Program-made: the position numbers and the translations under genes
In this document: one piece after another, positions 44,599-54,650 of the stretch
Numbering within the stretch: the first letter of the stretch is position 1
Layout: the number at the start of each line of letters is the position of its first letter
The notes under the pieces: model-generated
The model's database searches: none
What the model was told of the DNA's origin: nothing
What the model saw: only the letters and a program-made list of their open reading frames with translations
Virus record (IMG/VR): IMGVR_UViG_3300027917_000021
Location: 91,896 to 155,895 of that record
Origin: a virus
DNA length: 64,000 nucleotides
Reading direction: 5' to 3' (one strand)

Positions 44599-47500
44599 TG
44601 GCAACAGAGCCTCTAGAATATAAAGTAACATTCGATACCTCTGAGGTTGCACAAAAACTGTCAGAAGTTAAAAATGCAATGGATGTTGCTTTTGGTGCCC
44701 AGGCTTTTAATGCTGCTGGACCAGATTTATATCCTTTTCAACAATTATTCTCTAGCACTGCCTTAACTAGTTTAAATAGTATGGCGCCTGTAAGTTTTGG
44801 TGTGCCCGAAGGTGTAAGCAATGCCATGGTTGCGGCACAGCAAGGCGTACAAATGGCGCGCTCTACATTTTCGGATGTGCAAAATGTATTTAATACAGTT
44901 GCAGAATCCGCACGATTAGGATATAGTAAATTTACCCGTGATCTGGAAATGACAGGACTTATGGCTGGACGCATGGCTGGCCCACAACCAACACTATCAT
45001 ATCCGGAACAATTACAACAAATAAGTAATAATGACTATTGGGGTAATGTAGGTGGAGCACTTGGTTTTGGATATAAACCAACTATGACCATGTCAGCAGC
45101 AGAATATGCTCGTAGAAATGCCGAAGAAACCGCCGATAAATTTATGGAACCTACCTGGGGCGAGGCGATTGGTCTTGGAGTAGGGGCCGTTGCTGCTATG
45201 GGAGGCGGACCGGTAGGTTGGGGACTTCTTGGATTGACAGCAGTGCCTTTTGCAGCAAAAGCTGCATTATATCCTTTTACTTCTGAACTTAGACATCAAA
45301 GAGCCTTGGAAAGTTATGTAAGTGGCACCAGCTGGAGATTCTTAAGTGGCCAATTTAATAGACAAGAAACAGAACAGATGGGGCAATTCCTAAGAGGAAT
45401 TCCTGATCGTGATAATATCGCAGCTCGAGGATATGGAAGATTAGAAGTTGATGAAACTGTAGCTGCTTTTACTGAAGCCGGCGGATTTGATTATGTAAGA
45501 AACGCAAGAGAATACCGACAAAAAGTAGAACGTCTATTTGAAGGTCATAGAGAATTAATGCATACTCTTCATATTACTTCTAAAGAGGCTTCTACATTAA
45601 TGGGTCGGCTATCTCGTGATCTTGGTGTAGAAAATTTTGGAGCTTTTTCAGCAAATGTAGGTGTCCTAGCCGATCGTGCAGGATTAACTCGCAACGAAGC
45701 GGCCACATTCATAATGCAATCCGCAGAGCTAGTACGCGGCACAGGGTATGGGATGGAAAACTTTGCTCTTGGTGCCGGACGCATGTTGGAAAATGTTCGC
45801 AATATGGCCAGAGCAGGAATACTTAGTCCAGAAGACCTACGACAGTTTGGTGGAGAACAAAATATAGCTTTAAATATGGCTCGCTCTGCAATGAATTTTG
45901 CAGGAAGCCCCATGGGATTTGTTACTCAAGCAGCATTTATGTCCGCACAGCTTGGTGGGGGAAATCTTGGGCAAGTGGCAGGAATGGGCATAAACGCACA
46001 ATTAAATGCTGCTGCTGGCCTATTTAGAAGTCCTATGGATTTTGCGAGGTTCTTTGGTCAACAACAAAACCTTGTAGATCAAATGGGACCAGAAGTTGCA
46101 ATGCAACAAAAAACAATGCTAGGAATTGAACAAGCTCAAATGTTATTTAATAGGCGTCAATTTTCTAGCAATGATTTATATGGTGCATTTCGGGCCATGG
46201 GATATAGTCATCAAGAATCCAGAGAAATGGTCTCTACTAGAGATCTTGCCGCTTCTGATGCACCTACCCGCCGTGAACAAGATTATAGTAGAGCATTGGA
46301 ACGATTAAGACAAATGGAAGAAGAAGGAGAAAGTCCATTTGGTCGAGCATGGCGTGGTTTAGGAAGAGAGCTAGAAGGTGCGATTTGGAGACCAATCACA
46401 GGTGCTGCAGAAGATGCATATATTGCAATAGAAAAAGGATATAAAACTGCAGAAAGGGCACTTGGAAGAACCTTTACTGCATTAACTGGAGGAATTTTTG
46501 AAGTACAATCTTCCAAACCTACTGGTTTAATGGCAGCTCTTACATTAGGAAAAGACTTTACTAAACAATATAAAAATTTAATGAATCTTGGCGATGCAGA
46601 TATAGCAGAGTTAGAAAAATCTATTATAAGCAATATGGGCGATTCTCGGCTTATGGTAGATGCAGTTCATAGATCTCTTGTTTCAATTCCAGGAGTTCCA
46701 GGAATTATTCCTATGTCAATTGACGCCGGAACTGTTGGCGTTGGTACCCTTAGTGCTACTGATGCTGCCAGAGAGGTACAAGGAATAATAGAAAACATTG
46801 GAAAAGAAGATAGAAAAAAATATACTGGCAGAGGGCGTGCCAGCTGGGGAGCATCTTTAGTAAACTGGATAACAGGGGCTACATACACATCAAAAGAAAT
46901 GGAAACAATATCTGGACTTGCTGAGGCACTAGGTCCAGATTTTACAGAAGAATCAGTACAATCTACATTAGCACAAGCATTTTATGCTGCTGATGTAGAA
47001 TATGCACAAGCCCAAAAAGCCGGTAAATTAAAAAAAGGCATGACCAGAGAAGAGTTTATAAGAGGAAGAGTCACAACATATTTAGAACCAATAAGAGAAA
47101 AACTCGGTGGCGATAATCTGGAAAACTTAAATAGATTTGTACAAACTGCATCTTCAGAATTAATATCTGCATTATCTGGACAAGGCATGGCAGAAAATAG
47201 AGAAGAACGAGATAAATTTCAAATGACTTTGAAAACTGCAGCAGAAGATCGTATTATGGCAGAAAAAGGAATAACAAGAGATAAAATAACTGAAGACATG
47301 CTAAGAGAAGAGCTTAAAACGACAACTTTTGATGATGCAATTGCTGCTTTAATAGGAGAAAAAACTGGTACAATGCAGGGCAGACAAGATGCAGCCGCAG
47401 TATTCAGACAAAGGTTGGGAGCAACTGCTATTGCTGGACAAGCATTATTTACAATAAAAGATGATCAAGGAACTCCAATATTTGACCAAAATACGGCACA

Positions 47501-47609
47501 AATGATTCAAGCAACAAATAGTCAATTAATAGCTAACGGCATAACTAGAATGACATCAGGACAGCTGTCTGATGCAGAAGCAATACCTGTAAAAATGATA
47601 AAAAATTAA
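44598..47609 (+). CDS. Tape measure protein
   Basis: 1003 aa, Ala/Gly/Met-rich and helical, one hydrophobic stretch, follows the chaperone pair. Confidence 0.8.
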   Translation: MATEPLEYKVTFDTSEVAQKLSEVKNAMDVAFGAQAFNAAGPDLYPFQQLFSSTALTSLNSMAPVSFGVPEGVSNAMVAAQQGVQMARSTFSDVQNVFNTVAESARLGYSKFTRDLEMTGLMAGRMAGPQPTLSYPEQLQQISNNDYWGNVGGALGFGYKPTMTMSAAEYARRNAEETADKFMEPTWGEAIGLGVGAVAAMGGGPVGWGLLGLTAVPFAAKAALYPFTSELRHQRALESYVSGTSWRFLSGQFNRQETEQMGQFLRGIPDRDNIAARGYGRLEVDETVAAFTEAGGFDYVRNAREYRQKVERLFEGHRELMHTLHITSKEASTLMGRLSRDLGVENFGAFSANVGVLADRAGLTRNEAATFIMQSAELVRGTGYGMENFALGAGRMLENVRNMARAGILSPEDLRQFGGEQNIALNMARSAMNFAGSPMGFVTQAAFMSAQLGGGNLGQVAGMGINAQLNAAAGLFRSPMDFARFFGQQQNLVDQMGPEVAMQQKTMLGIEQAQMLFNRRQFSSNDLYGAFRAMGYSHQESREMVSTRDLAASDAPTRREQDYSRALERLRQMEEEGESPFGRAWRGLGRELEGAIWRPITGAAEDAYIAIEKGYKTAERALGRTFTALTGGIFEVQSSKPTGLMAALTLGKDFTKQYKNLMNLGDADIAELEKSIISNMGDSRLMVDAVHRSLVSIPGVPGIIPMSIDAGTVGVGTLSATDAAREVQGIIENIGKEDRKKYTGRGRASWGASLVNWITGATYTSKEMETISGLAEALGPDFTEESVQSTLAQAFYAADVEYAQAQKAGKLKKGMTREEFIRGRVTTYLEPIREKLGGDNLENLNRFVQTASSELISALSGQGMAENREERDKFQMTLKTAAEDRIMAEKGITRDKITEDMLREELKTTTFDDAIAALIGEKTGTMQGRQDAAAVFRQRLGATAIAGQALFTIKDDQGTPIFDQNTAQMIQATNSQLIANGITRMTSGQLSDAEAIPVKMIKN

Positions 47610-49613
47610 ATGAAAACACAATCAGTAGAATTAAAGTTATATTTAGAAGGCGTACCTATTAATTTTATCTCAATTAATATTCAGGAAAGACTTGGTTCTG
47701 CTCCTATTGCGGTTATTAATTTTCCGCCTAAACCTGAAATAAGTCGACTGTTGCCAAAAACACTGGCACACGTTTTTTATAAAATGAAACCTCCGCAAGT
47801 TGAAGAAGAAAACTATTATTTAATTTTTGAAGGAGAACTAACAACTATAGGATTTAGTCGTGCTCAAACAGGTGCTGGGTGCCAATTAACATTTGTAGGC
47901 TTAACCAATAATTGGAAAAATACTTATAAAGGTATTACCGATTTTTCTCTTGACACTTTTATGAAAGGACAATTTTTACTTATTGGGGCAGACGCTAGTG
48001 CATCTCAGCCAGATAAATATAAAGTACATGATACCAAACCAGACGAAGAAAAACAGGCTAATTTTCTAATATCAAAATTTCCAGGAACCAACATTACAGC
48101 AAGATTACAACAAGCAGTAAGACTATTTACAAATGATAATGATAGCGAAGACGCTATAGACCAATCATTTAAGGAGCTTGTATTTAATTTGGCCGATTCT
48201 AATCCTTATTATGGTATGATTCATAACATTTTAAAAATACGTGATAGAATGTACGCCCTTAATAATTCAAAAGCATTAACAACATTGCAAAATGAATCTG
48301 TAGCAGAAGTAATTCTCAGAAGTATAGACCAGTTAAATAATGTAGTAGATGGATCTCAAATAATTGCTACCCTTTTAAATAAAATCGAATATGAGTATAT
48401 GGAACCCGCAGCACCTACTAAAGATGAAAATGGTAATCCTCGTTCTATAATATTTGCTCCTCAAACCATGTTTTTTCTTCCTTTAAGGTGTAATACAATA
48501 TTTCCTGATCAAATTATGCAGGCAGGATACGCCCATGATTATAGTAATGAAATTACGCGTTTAGTTACTTCTACTCCACCAGTTGCTTTAAGTCATGTAC
48601 CTTCGGCTACTCCTTTTACAATGCAACCAAAGCATATTGCTCCACATGCTGGTTTTTATGAATCAACATTTAATGAGCAAAAGCTTCCCGCTATAAGCAT
48701 GACTGATGAAGAAAAACTAAGAGGTATAAATCCTTATCTCCATACATATAATGACGCACAACTTGCATATTCCAGTTTTTGGGGAACATACAATAAAAAA
48801 GATGATAAAGGAAATGAAGAAAATCCAGATAAAGCTTACAATACATTTTTTGAAAAATATAGAACATCCCAATTAGGAAATTATATTTTATCTATTAACA
48901 TGTGGCAATATTTAAAAAGGAAATACATGGTAAGAAGCTTTTCAGTTCATACCACATACACTCCACATAGATTGGTAGGGTTTCCGGGAATGGTGTTAGA
49001 TAAAGAATTGCCAACAATTATTGGTAAAATAGTTACTATTAATTCTACATTAGACGCGAATGGTGTAGGAACATCTACTATAGAATTTCAGGCACCAAGA
49101 GCATACAAAGAGTATGATTTTTCTAATAATGCAAATCCATGGACAGACGGAACATTTGATGAGAATATAGATGAGTGGCCAGGAACCCCATTTTGGATGG
49201 ACGAAACATTTAATGCTGATGTAATTGGGGAAACTTTAAAACCACTAGTTAATCCAGAATCTGCTGATAAAGTTACAATCGATTTTCACGGCGGAGATTT
49301 TACATTTGATGAATCCAATATTTCCAAATCAAATATAAATATTATTGCCAAATCAATATCAAACTTAAAAAAGAAATATAATATTTATCAAGAAAAACAC
49401 CCATTTATAGAAAAAGAAACCCGCAGGAATTTAATGACAGAAACAGATTTTTGGTCTTTCTTACTAGGCAAATCAACCCCAAATTATTTTGTTGATGATG
49501 ATTATAAATCCTATAAAACTGATTTAAGCTATGAACCACGTTCTAGACAATTAACTTATACAACACAACCATTCGTTAAAGAAAGACGAGATAAAGTAAT
49601 AGAGGCAAAATAA
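47610..49613 (+). CDS. Probable baseplate hub/tail protein
   Basis: LKLYLEGV start, PLRCNTIFPD, PHRLVGFPGMV; position after the tape measure. Confidence 0.6.
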   Translation: MKTQSVELKLYLEGVPINFISINIQERLGSAPIAVINFPPKPEISRLLPKTLAHVFYKMKPPQVEEENYYLIFEGELTTIGFSRAQTGAGCQLTFVGLTNNWKNTYKGITDFSLDTFMKGQFLLIGADASASQPDKYKVHDTKPDEEKQANFLISKFPGTNITARLQQAVRLFTNDNDSEDAIDQSFKELVFNLADSNPYYGMIHNILKIRDRMYALNNSKALTTLQNESVAEVILRSIDQLNNVVDGSQIIATLLNKIEYEYMEPAAPTKDENGNPRSIIFAPQTMFFLPLRCNTIFPDQIMQAGYAHDYSNEITRLVTSTPPVALSHVPSATPFTMQPKHIAPHAGFYESTFNEQKLPAISMTDEEKLRGINPYLHTYNDAQLAYSSFWGTYNKKDDKGNEENPDKAYNTFFEKYRTSQLGNYILSINMWQYLKRKYMVRSFSVHTTYTPHRLVGFPGMVLDKELPTIIGKIVTINSTLDANGVGTSTIEFQAPRAYKEYDFSNNANPWTDGTFDENIDEWPGTPFWMDETFNADVIGETLKPLVNPESADKVTIDFHGGDFTFDESNISKSNINIIAKSISNLKKKYNIYQEKHPFIEKETRRNLMTETDFWSFLLGKSTPNYFVDDDYKSYKTDLSYEPRSRQLTYTTQPFVKERRDKVIEAK

Positions 49614-50548
49614 TGGCAACTAATGAAATAGCATTTGGCACACTTAATCCATCGTATTTGAGTGAGCAGCATGATTCTAATAATCCTTTAATTAGCCAAG
49701 ATTTGACGTCATATAAATCACACTCATCTAAAATACAAGACTATTTAGGATTGCTTTCTATTAATAAATTGCAAAGAAACAGGGTCCATAGTTTTGATTT
49801 TGAAGGAGAAATACCGGCCACTATTTTCATATTGCCTAATATATCAGAAGGTAGCACGGGACAGCCATTGCCACAATCTTTCAGTAATTTTATTTTAACT
49901 AGTGTTAGTGAAGATCGTAGAGAAAAATTTCAAATTTTCGAAACATTCGGCGATCCAGCACTATTCTTTTTTAACAAAAAAACTCCTATATATAGTTTTA
50001 ATGGTTTTTTGATAGACGCAGATCATCTAGATGAAACTCGTCCCGGTGGCATTACCGATTATAAAAGTAGTTGGGCAAACGAATTTAGAAACTTGTGGGA
50101 AAAAGAAATACGCGGAACCAAACTAATTGAAAATAATAAGATTGCTGCTATATCATATAGAAAAACTGTTATATATGGCTATCCAATAAACTTATCGATT
50201 CAAACAGACTCCAGACAGCCTTTTACTGCCGCATTTTCATTCAACATGGTTGTAAAAAAACATAAATTAGAAGAAGTTGGCAATACATTTCTTGATGTTA
50301 GACTATTTATGACTCCTGCACAGCGTGATGCATTTGACATAGGAATGAAAAAGCTTTATGATATGGAAGCATCATTAAAAGATTTGCAAGAACAATATGA
50401 AATGGGAGTGTCTTCCGGGTTAAGCCGTGATGAATTGGCAAATCTAGAATCGCAAATAAGTAAAAAATACACAGATACAGAAACGATATATTTGAACGTT
50501 TTAACATTAATTCAATCTGCTATATCGTTTCCATTTACTGCAAGATAG
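49613..50548 (+). CDS. Probable tail tube initiator/baseplate protein
   Basis: EKFQIFETFG..FF motif reminiscent of tube-fold proteins; context. Confidence 0.45.
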   Translation: MATNEIAFGTLNPSYLSEQHDSNNPLISQDLTSYKSHSSKIQDYLGLLSINKLQRNRVHSFDFEGEIPATIFILPNISEGSTGQPLPQSFSNFILTSVSEDRREKFQIFETFGDPALFFFNKKTPIYSFNGFLIDADHLDETRPGGITDYKSSWANEFRNLWEKEIRGTKLIENNKIAAISYRKTVIYGYPINLSIQTDSRQPFTAAFSFNMVVKKHKLEEVGNTFLDVRLFMTPAQRDAFDIGMKKLYDMEASLKDLQEQYEMGVSSGLSRDELANLESQISKKYTDTETIYLNVLTLIQSAISFPFTAR

Positions 50549-50577
50549 TTGATATAATTATTAATTTTGGTTATATT
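50549..50577 (+). promoter_or_regulatory. sigma70-type promoter TTGATA-N17-TATATT
   Basis: Same architecture as the other four copies; ATG 50586 follows closely. Confidence 0.65.
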
Positions 50578-50585
50578 TAAAAACA

Positions 50586-51305
50586 ATGAAATCCTATACA
50601 AAACAAGAAGAATTAGATCTTTGGAAATCATGGAGCCGCGGTAGTTCTGCAGCACAGAACAAACTTATTAAAAGTTTAGATCCTTTGCTTCAAAGCCAGA
50701 TAAACAAATATCAGCATCCTAATATTCCAAGATCTACTTTAGAAGCGGAATCACGACGTTTAGCTATTGAAGCTTTTAAAACTTATGATCCTTCTAAAGC
50801 ACAGCTAGGTACACATGTGACCAACCACCAAAAACATTTACAAAGGTATGTTCTAAATTATGTAAATGTTGGAAAAATACCAGAAAATAGGGCTTTGGCA
50901 GTAGGAAAATTTCAAAAAATAAAGCAAAATTTAATTGAAGACTTAGGAAGAGAGCCTAATACTGTAGAATTAGCAGATTCTTTACAATGGCCACCCAAAG
51001 AAGTGGAAAGAATGGAAAGTGAACTACGAAGAGATTTATCAATTCCACAAGGGGGCGAAGAAGACTTTTTTGAAAATATTCTTTATACAACTGATATAGA
51101 AAAAGAACTGCTTGAATTTATTTATTATGAAGCAGATCCAGAAGAAAAACTTATTTTAGAATATACGGCAGGCTGGGGTGGAAAGCCAAAATTAGAAGTA
51201 CGAGACATAGCTCTTAGAATAGGCAGACCAGAAGCATACGTTAGAAGAAAAAGAGAAATAATAGCTAAAAAATACCACGAAGCACAAAGAAAAGGATTAC
51301 TATAA
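50586..51305 (+). CDS. Divergent phage sigma70-like factor
   Basis: AFKTYDPSKAQLGTHV (region 2), LGREPNTVELADSL (region 3), C-terminal HTH IALRIG. Confidence 0.75.
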   Translation: MKSYTKQEELDLWKSWSRGSSAAQNKLIKSLDPLLQSQINKYQHPNIPRSTLEAESRRLAIEAFKTYDPSKAQLGTHVTNHQKHLQRYVLNYVNVGKIPENRALAVGKFQKIKQNLIEDLGREPNTVELADSLQWPPKEVERMESELRRDLSIPQGGEEDFFENILYTTDIEKELLEFIYYEADPEEKLILEYTAGWGGKPKLEVRDIALRIGRPEAYVRRKREIIAKKYHEAQRKGLL

Positions 51306-53060
51306 GTGTCTTCATATCTACCTGAAATAAACGTACAAGTTCCTTGTGATCCTTCTGATCTAATATCTAAATTAGAAGAAGATCTAGAAAGAGAATTGGG
51401 AGAATTTAGCAACACTCTCAAAAATAGTAGAATTTGGGGAAATCCATTAATTACCGCTGGAATCTCACAAGTTCTTGGGACAGCCGCTAGTTTTTTTAGT
51501 ACTAACCTGGTAGAAAATTTATTAGAATCAGACGTTGTATCCGAAATAATAGAACGCGCACAAGATTATGTGTCCGTATTTTTGACCAGCGAACCACAAA
51601 TGAAGCTTGCCGCAAATTATTTGTTGATTCAAAACCTTAAATCAGATCTAAAGGCTCGTGTAGAAGTATTAGATTTGTTAGAGAAAAAACTTACAGCAAT
51701 GGATCGCTTTATAAGAGCCTGGGATTATTATGAAATTGCCAATTTTGAATTACGAAAACTAAGACAGGCAGAAGCTTATATGCGCGGGGCAAAATCTAAA
51801 ATGAAAAGATCAAGTGAGTTATTTAAAACTTTTCAGAGATTTGCATCAAATCCATATAGATCTGCAGTACAGGATGTAAAATCTGCAGGCGATTCTTTAG
51901 AAATTAGATATGTAGATCCTAATCGTCCAGATCTATTTGTATATTGGAAAAAATGGTGGGATAAAGTACAAGATGATCTTAAAGAATTTGCAGAAAATTC
52001 ATTAGATGTACTAAGTTTATTGCCGGCTGATAAAAAAATATTAGACGATGTATTTCCTGAGTGGGTGTCTATTTATGGATTACTATCAATTAGATTTGTG
52101 CAGGAAGCTACCAATTCTGGAAAAAGCTCTACCTGGTTACAAGATTTTGCTAAACGAGAAATTAATAGAATATTTAAAGGTAAAGAATTAATACCTTTAA
52201 ATAAAACTATAAGAAAAACTTTATTAGAAATTAGTAATCTTGATTCTACTTGGGAGGGAATGAATCAATTTGCAGGAAATCTTTCAACTCAGCTAGAAGA
52301 AAATTTAAATAATATCACAACATTGCAAGAACAAATGGAGAGAGATGCCTATTTAAATATTCCTTCTGAAGTGAAACTTGCTGCAAAAAATGCCATGTAT
52401 TTAACCCAACTTAGAGCTTTATATACACAACTACTAATAAACAAAGAAATTGTTACAGAATATGATGATTTATTAAGTGACTTTGTTGCTTTAGAAACTC
52501 TAATTACAGAAGCAAGACGATATCCAGAAGAAGGTACACACCCAGCAGAAACTGTGGCTGATTTAGTATTAGAAAGTTATGAAGCAATTATTTTTGGATT
52601 TTTTTCAGAAGGTGGATCTCGACAAGCATTGATAAAAATAGGAAATGTTAAAAGACGAATAAATATAGCATTACAAAATGATCAATATTTAGTAGGACTT
52701 TGTAATGCATTTGATGCTTTAGATAATGCACTTGTTTCTGAAATTCTACGAATTTATAATAAAAATATTGGTTATATAGAAAATCTATTTGAACAAATAG
52801 GAAATACAGCGGCACTCAATGCTGTAATCGAATTAGATTTTTCAGGATTAAAAGACAAATTATGGCCAAAACGTTCTGATGATCGATGTGTAGGAAAACA
52901 AGTTTTGGGTGATTTAGCTGAAAGTAGAGCAGAGATGGATTTAAGACAAAACCAGAGAAAATTAAATTGGACCAAGGCATTAATAGAAAAAATGGATTGG
53001 ATACAAGATCCACTGGCTGCTATAAAAAGTAATTTTGGACTATCGATGTTAGGTGAATAA
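51306..53060 (+). CDS. Large helical hypothetical protein
   Basis: 584-aa ORF, GTG start. Confidence 0.7.
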   Translation: MSSYLPEINVQVPCDPSDLISKLEEDLERELGEFSNTLKNSRIWGNPLITAGISQVLGTAASFFSTNLVENLLESDVVSEIIERAQDYVSVFLTSEPQMKLAANYLLIQNLKSDLKARVEVLDLLEKKLTAMDRFIRAWDYYEIANFELRKLRQAEAYMRGAKSKMKRSSELFKTFQRFASNPYRSAVQDVKSAGDSLEIRYVDPNRPDLFVYWKKWWDKVQDDLKEFAENSLDVLSLLPADKKILDDVFPEWVSIYGLLSIRFVQEATNSGKSSTWLQDFAKREINRIFKGKELIPLNKTIRKTLLEISNLDSTWEGMNQFAGNLSTQLEENLNNITTLQEQMERDAYLNIPSEVKLAAKNAMYLTQLRALYTQLLINKEIVTEYDDLLSDFVALETLITEARRYPEEGTHPAETVADLVLESYEAIIFGFFSEGGSRQALIKIGNVKRRINIALQNDQYLVGLCNAFDALDNALVSEILRIYNKNIGYIENLFEQIGNTAALNAVIELDFSGLKDKLWPKRSDDRCVGKQVLGDLAESRAEMDLRQNQRKLNWTKALIEKMDWIQDPLAAIKSNFGLSMLGE

Positions 53061-53476
53061 TGAAAAAAGACATCAAACTATTATACATAAATGACCTCGA
53101 CGATAGGACTTATCGTGGCTTTGGATCTAAAAGTTCGGGGGTTGTCCGTGGTATTGATGCATTATTACAAAAAATTACTAAAATTTTATTTACTATTGTA
53201 GGAAGCGATCTTTATAATCCAAACTATGGAAGCAACTTACAAGTATTTCTAAGCTATGGTCCAAAGTCTGAACAAGAAATGTCTTCATATGTTAGTATGG
53301 CAATAAGCCAAGCAGAAGATTTGATCATAACTGATCAATTAGATAAAGATCTTGAAGACCAAGAAAGATTAATAGATTTATCTTTAAAGTCTGTAACACA
53401 ATTAAATAATAATGATTGGGAAATTGAATTGTATGTGCAGACAGCAAAAAATGAGACATACTTATTAAGAGTATAA
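53060..53476 (+). CDS. gp25-like baseplate wedge/sheath initiator
   Basis: GIDALLQ...LFT..GSD...PNYGSNL; ERL..L. Confidence 0.75.
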   Translation: MKKDIKLLYINDLDDRTYRGFGSKSSGVVRGIDALLQKITKILFTIVGSDLYNPNYGSNLQVFLSYGPKSEQEMSSYVSMAISQAEDLIITDQLDKDLEDQERLIDLSLKSVTQLNNNDWEIELYVQTAKNETYLLRV

Positions 53477-53477
53477 A

Positions 53478-54650
53478 ATGGATACAAAACAATTAATAAA
53501 AAATATAATAGCTGAGCATGATCCAGATATAGATACTTCAGAAGGCTCCGGAGTAACTGATATTCTAATTAACCCATTAGCAAATGTATTAAACTATTAT
53601 CAAACTGTATTACAAGAATTAGAAAATTTTTTATCGGTAATAGATTTAACATCATTATCAAATGCTGATTTAGATGCTATTACTTCTACTTTTCTACTAA
53701 CACGTAAAACAGGATCAAAGGCAACTGGTTATGTTAAAATAGGTTTTGCGGCCCCAGTTAATTTAACTTTGCAAAAAGGACAACAATTCAAAACAAGCGC
53801 CGGAAAATATTATCAAACCACAAGACAGTATTCTATAACAGCTGGACAAATGAGCCTTAATACACAAAATAATTATTTCTTGACCGGAGCCATTCCCGTA
53901 GAGGCTACGGCAGCAGGCGATGATTATACTATTGGACCAAATGAAATTAATGAGGTTGTAAATCCATCTTTTACTTATTTAAAAGTTTTTAATACTACCA
54001 GTTTTTCGAGGGGTGTAGATGATGAAACAAATGAAGCATTGTATGACAGACTTCTAGCTTCAGTAACTTCAGATACATCTTTATCAAAACTTAGCTTCCA
54101 AAAAATTATTTCTGATCATTATGACATCAAGGATTTGGATGTAAAAGGTTTTGGCGATATAGAAATGGTACGAGATGTAAATTATGAAGGCGTAGATTTT
54201 AATGCTTATACAAAATTAGATTATTTTGGAAAAACACAGGGACAAGATACGCTTCCACATAACCAAAATATTGCTGGGGCTTTTATTCTTAGTGGGCAAC
54301 AGCCTCCAGACTTCCAAAATTTATCTCTTAATGAGTTTGATGACGTACAATATGAAAATATTTATAGACTGGATGACGCATTGTACGCGAATACTGTGTC
54401 TACAAATTTACTTAACGAAACTTTTAGCGAATCAACCTTAAGTAGTAATTGGCTAACTTCTGACGGAGAACTAGGTTTGGAAAGATTGAAAGTTCCAGAA
54501 GAAATAACCATTGTTGATAGCACAGTAAGGCTAGGTATTGCACCAGATACTGAGCCTGACATAGAAGTTGTTTTGGATCAAAAGAAATTGAATGCAATAA
54601 TTGCTCAATTAACTAAAGTTATTACATCTGCAGGACAGAGGATATCATAA
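53478..54650 (+). CDS. Baseplate J-like protein (N-terminal part)
   Basis: RKTGSKATG, VEATAAG..Y.I, GVDDETNEAL..R. Confidence 0.8.
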   Translation: MDTKQLIKNIIAEHDPDIDTSEGSGVTDILINPLANVLNYYQTVLQELENFLSVIDLTSLSNADLDAITSTFLLTRKTGSKATGYVKIGFAAPVNLTLQKGQQFKTSAGKYYQTTRQYSITAGQMSLNTQNNYFLTGAIPVEATAAGDDYTIGPNEINEVVNPSFTYLKVFNTTSFSRGVDDETNEALYDRLLASVTSDTSLSKLSFQKIISDHYDIKDLDVKGFGDIEMVRDVNYEGVDFNAYTKLDYFGKTQGQDTLPHNQNIAGAFILSGQQPPDFQNLSLNEFDDVQYENIYRLDDALYANTVSTNLLNETFSESTLSSNWLTSDGELGLERLKVPEEITIVDSTVRLGIAPDTEPDIEVVLDQKKLNAIIAQLTKVITSAGQRIS

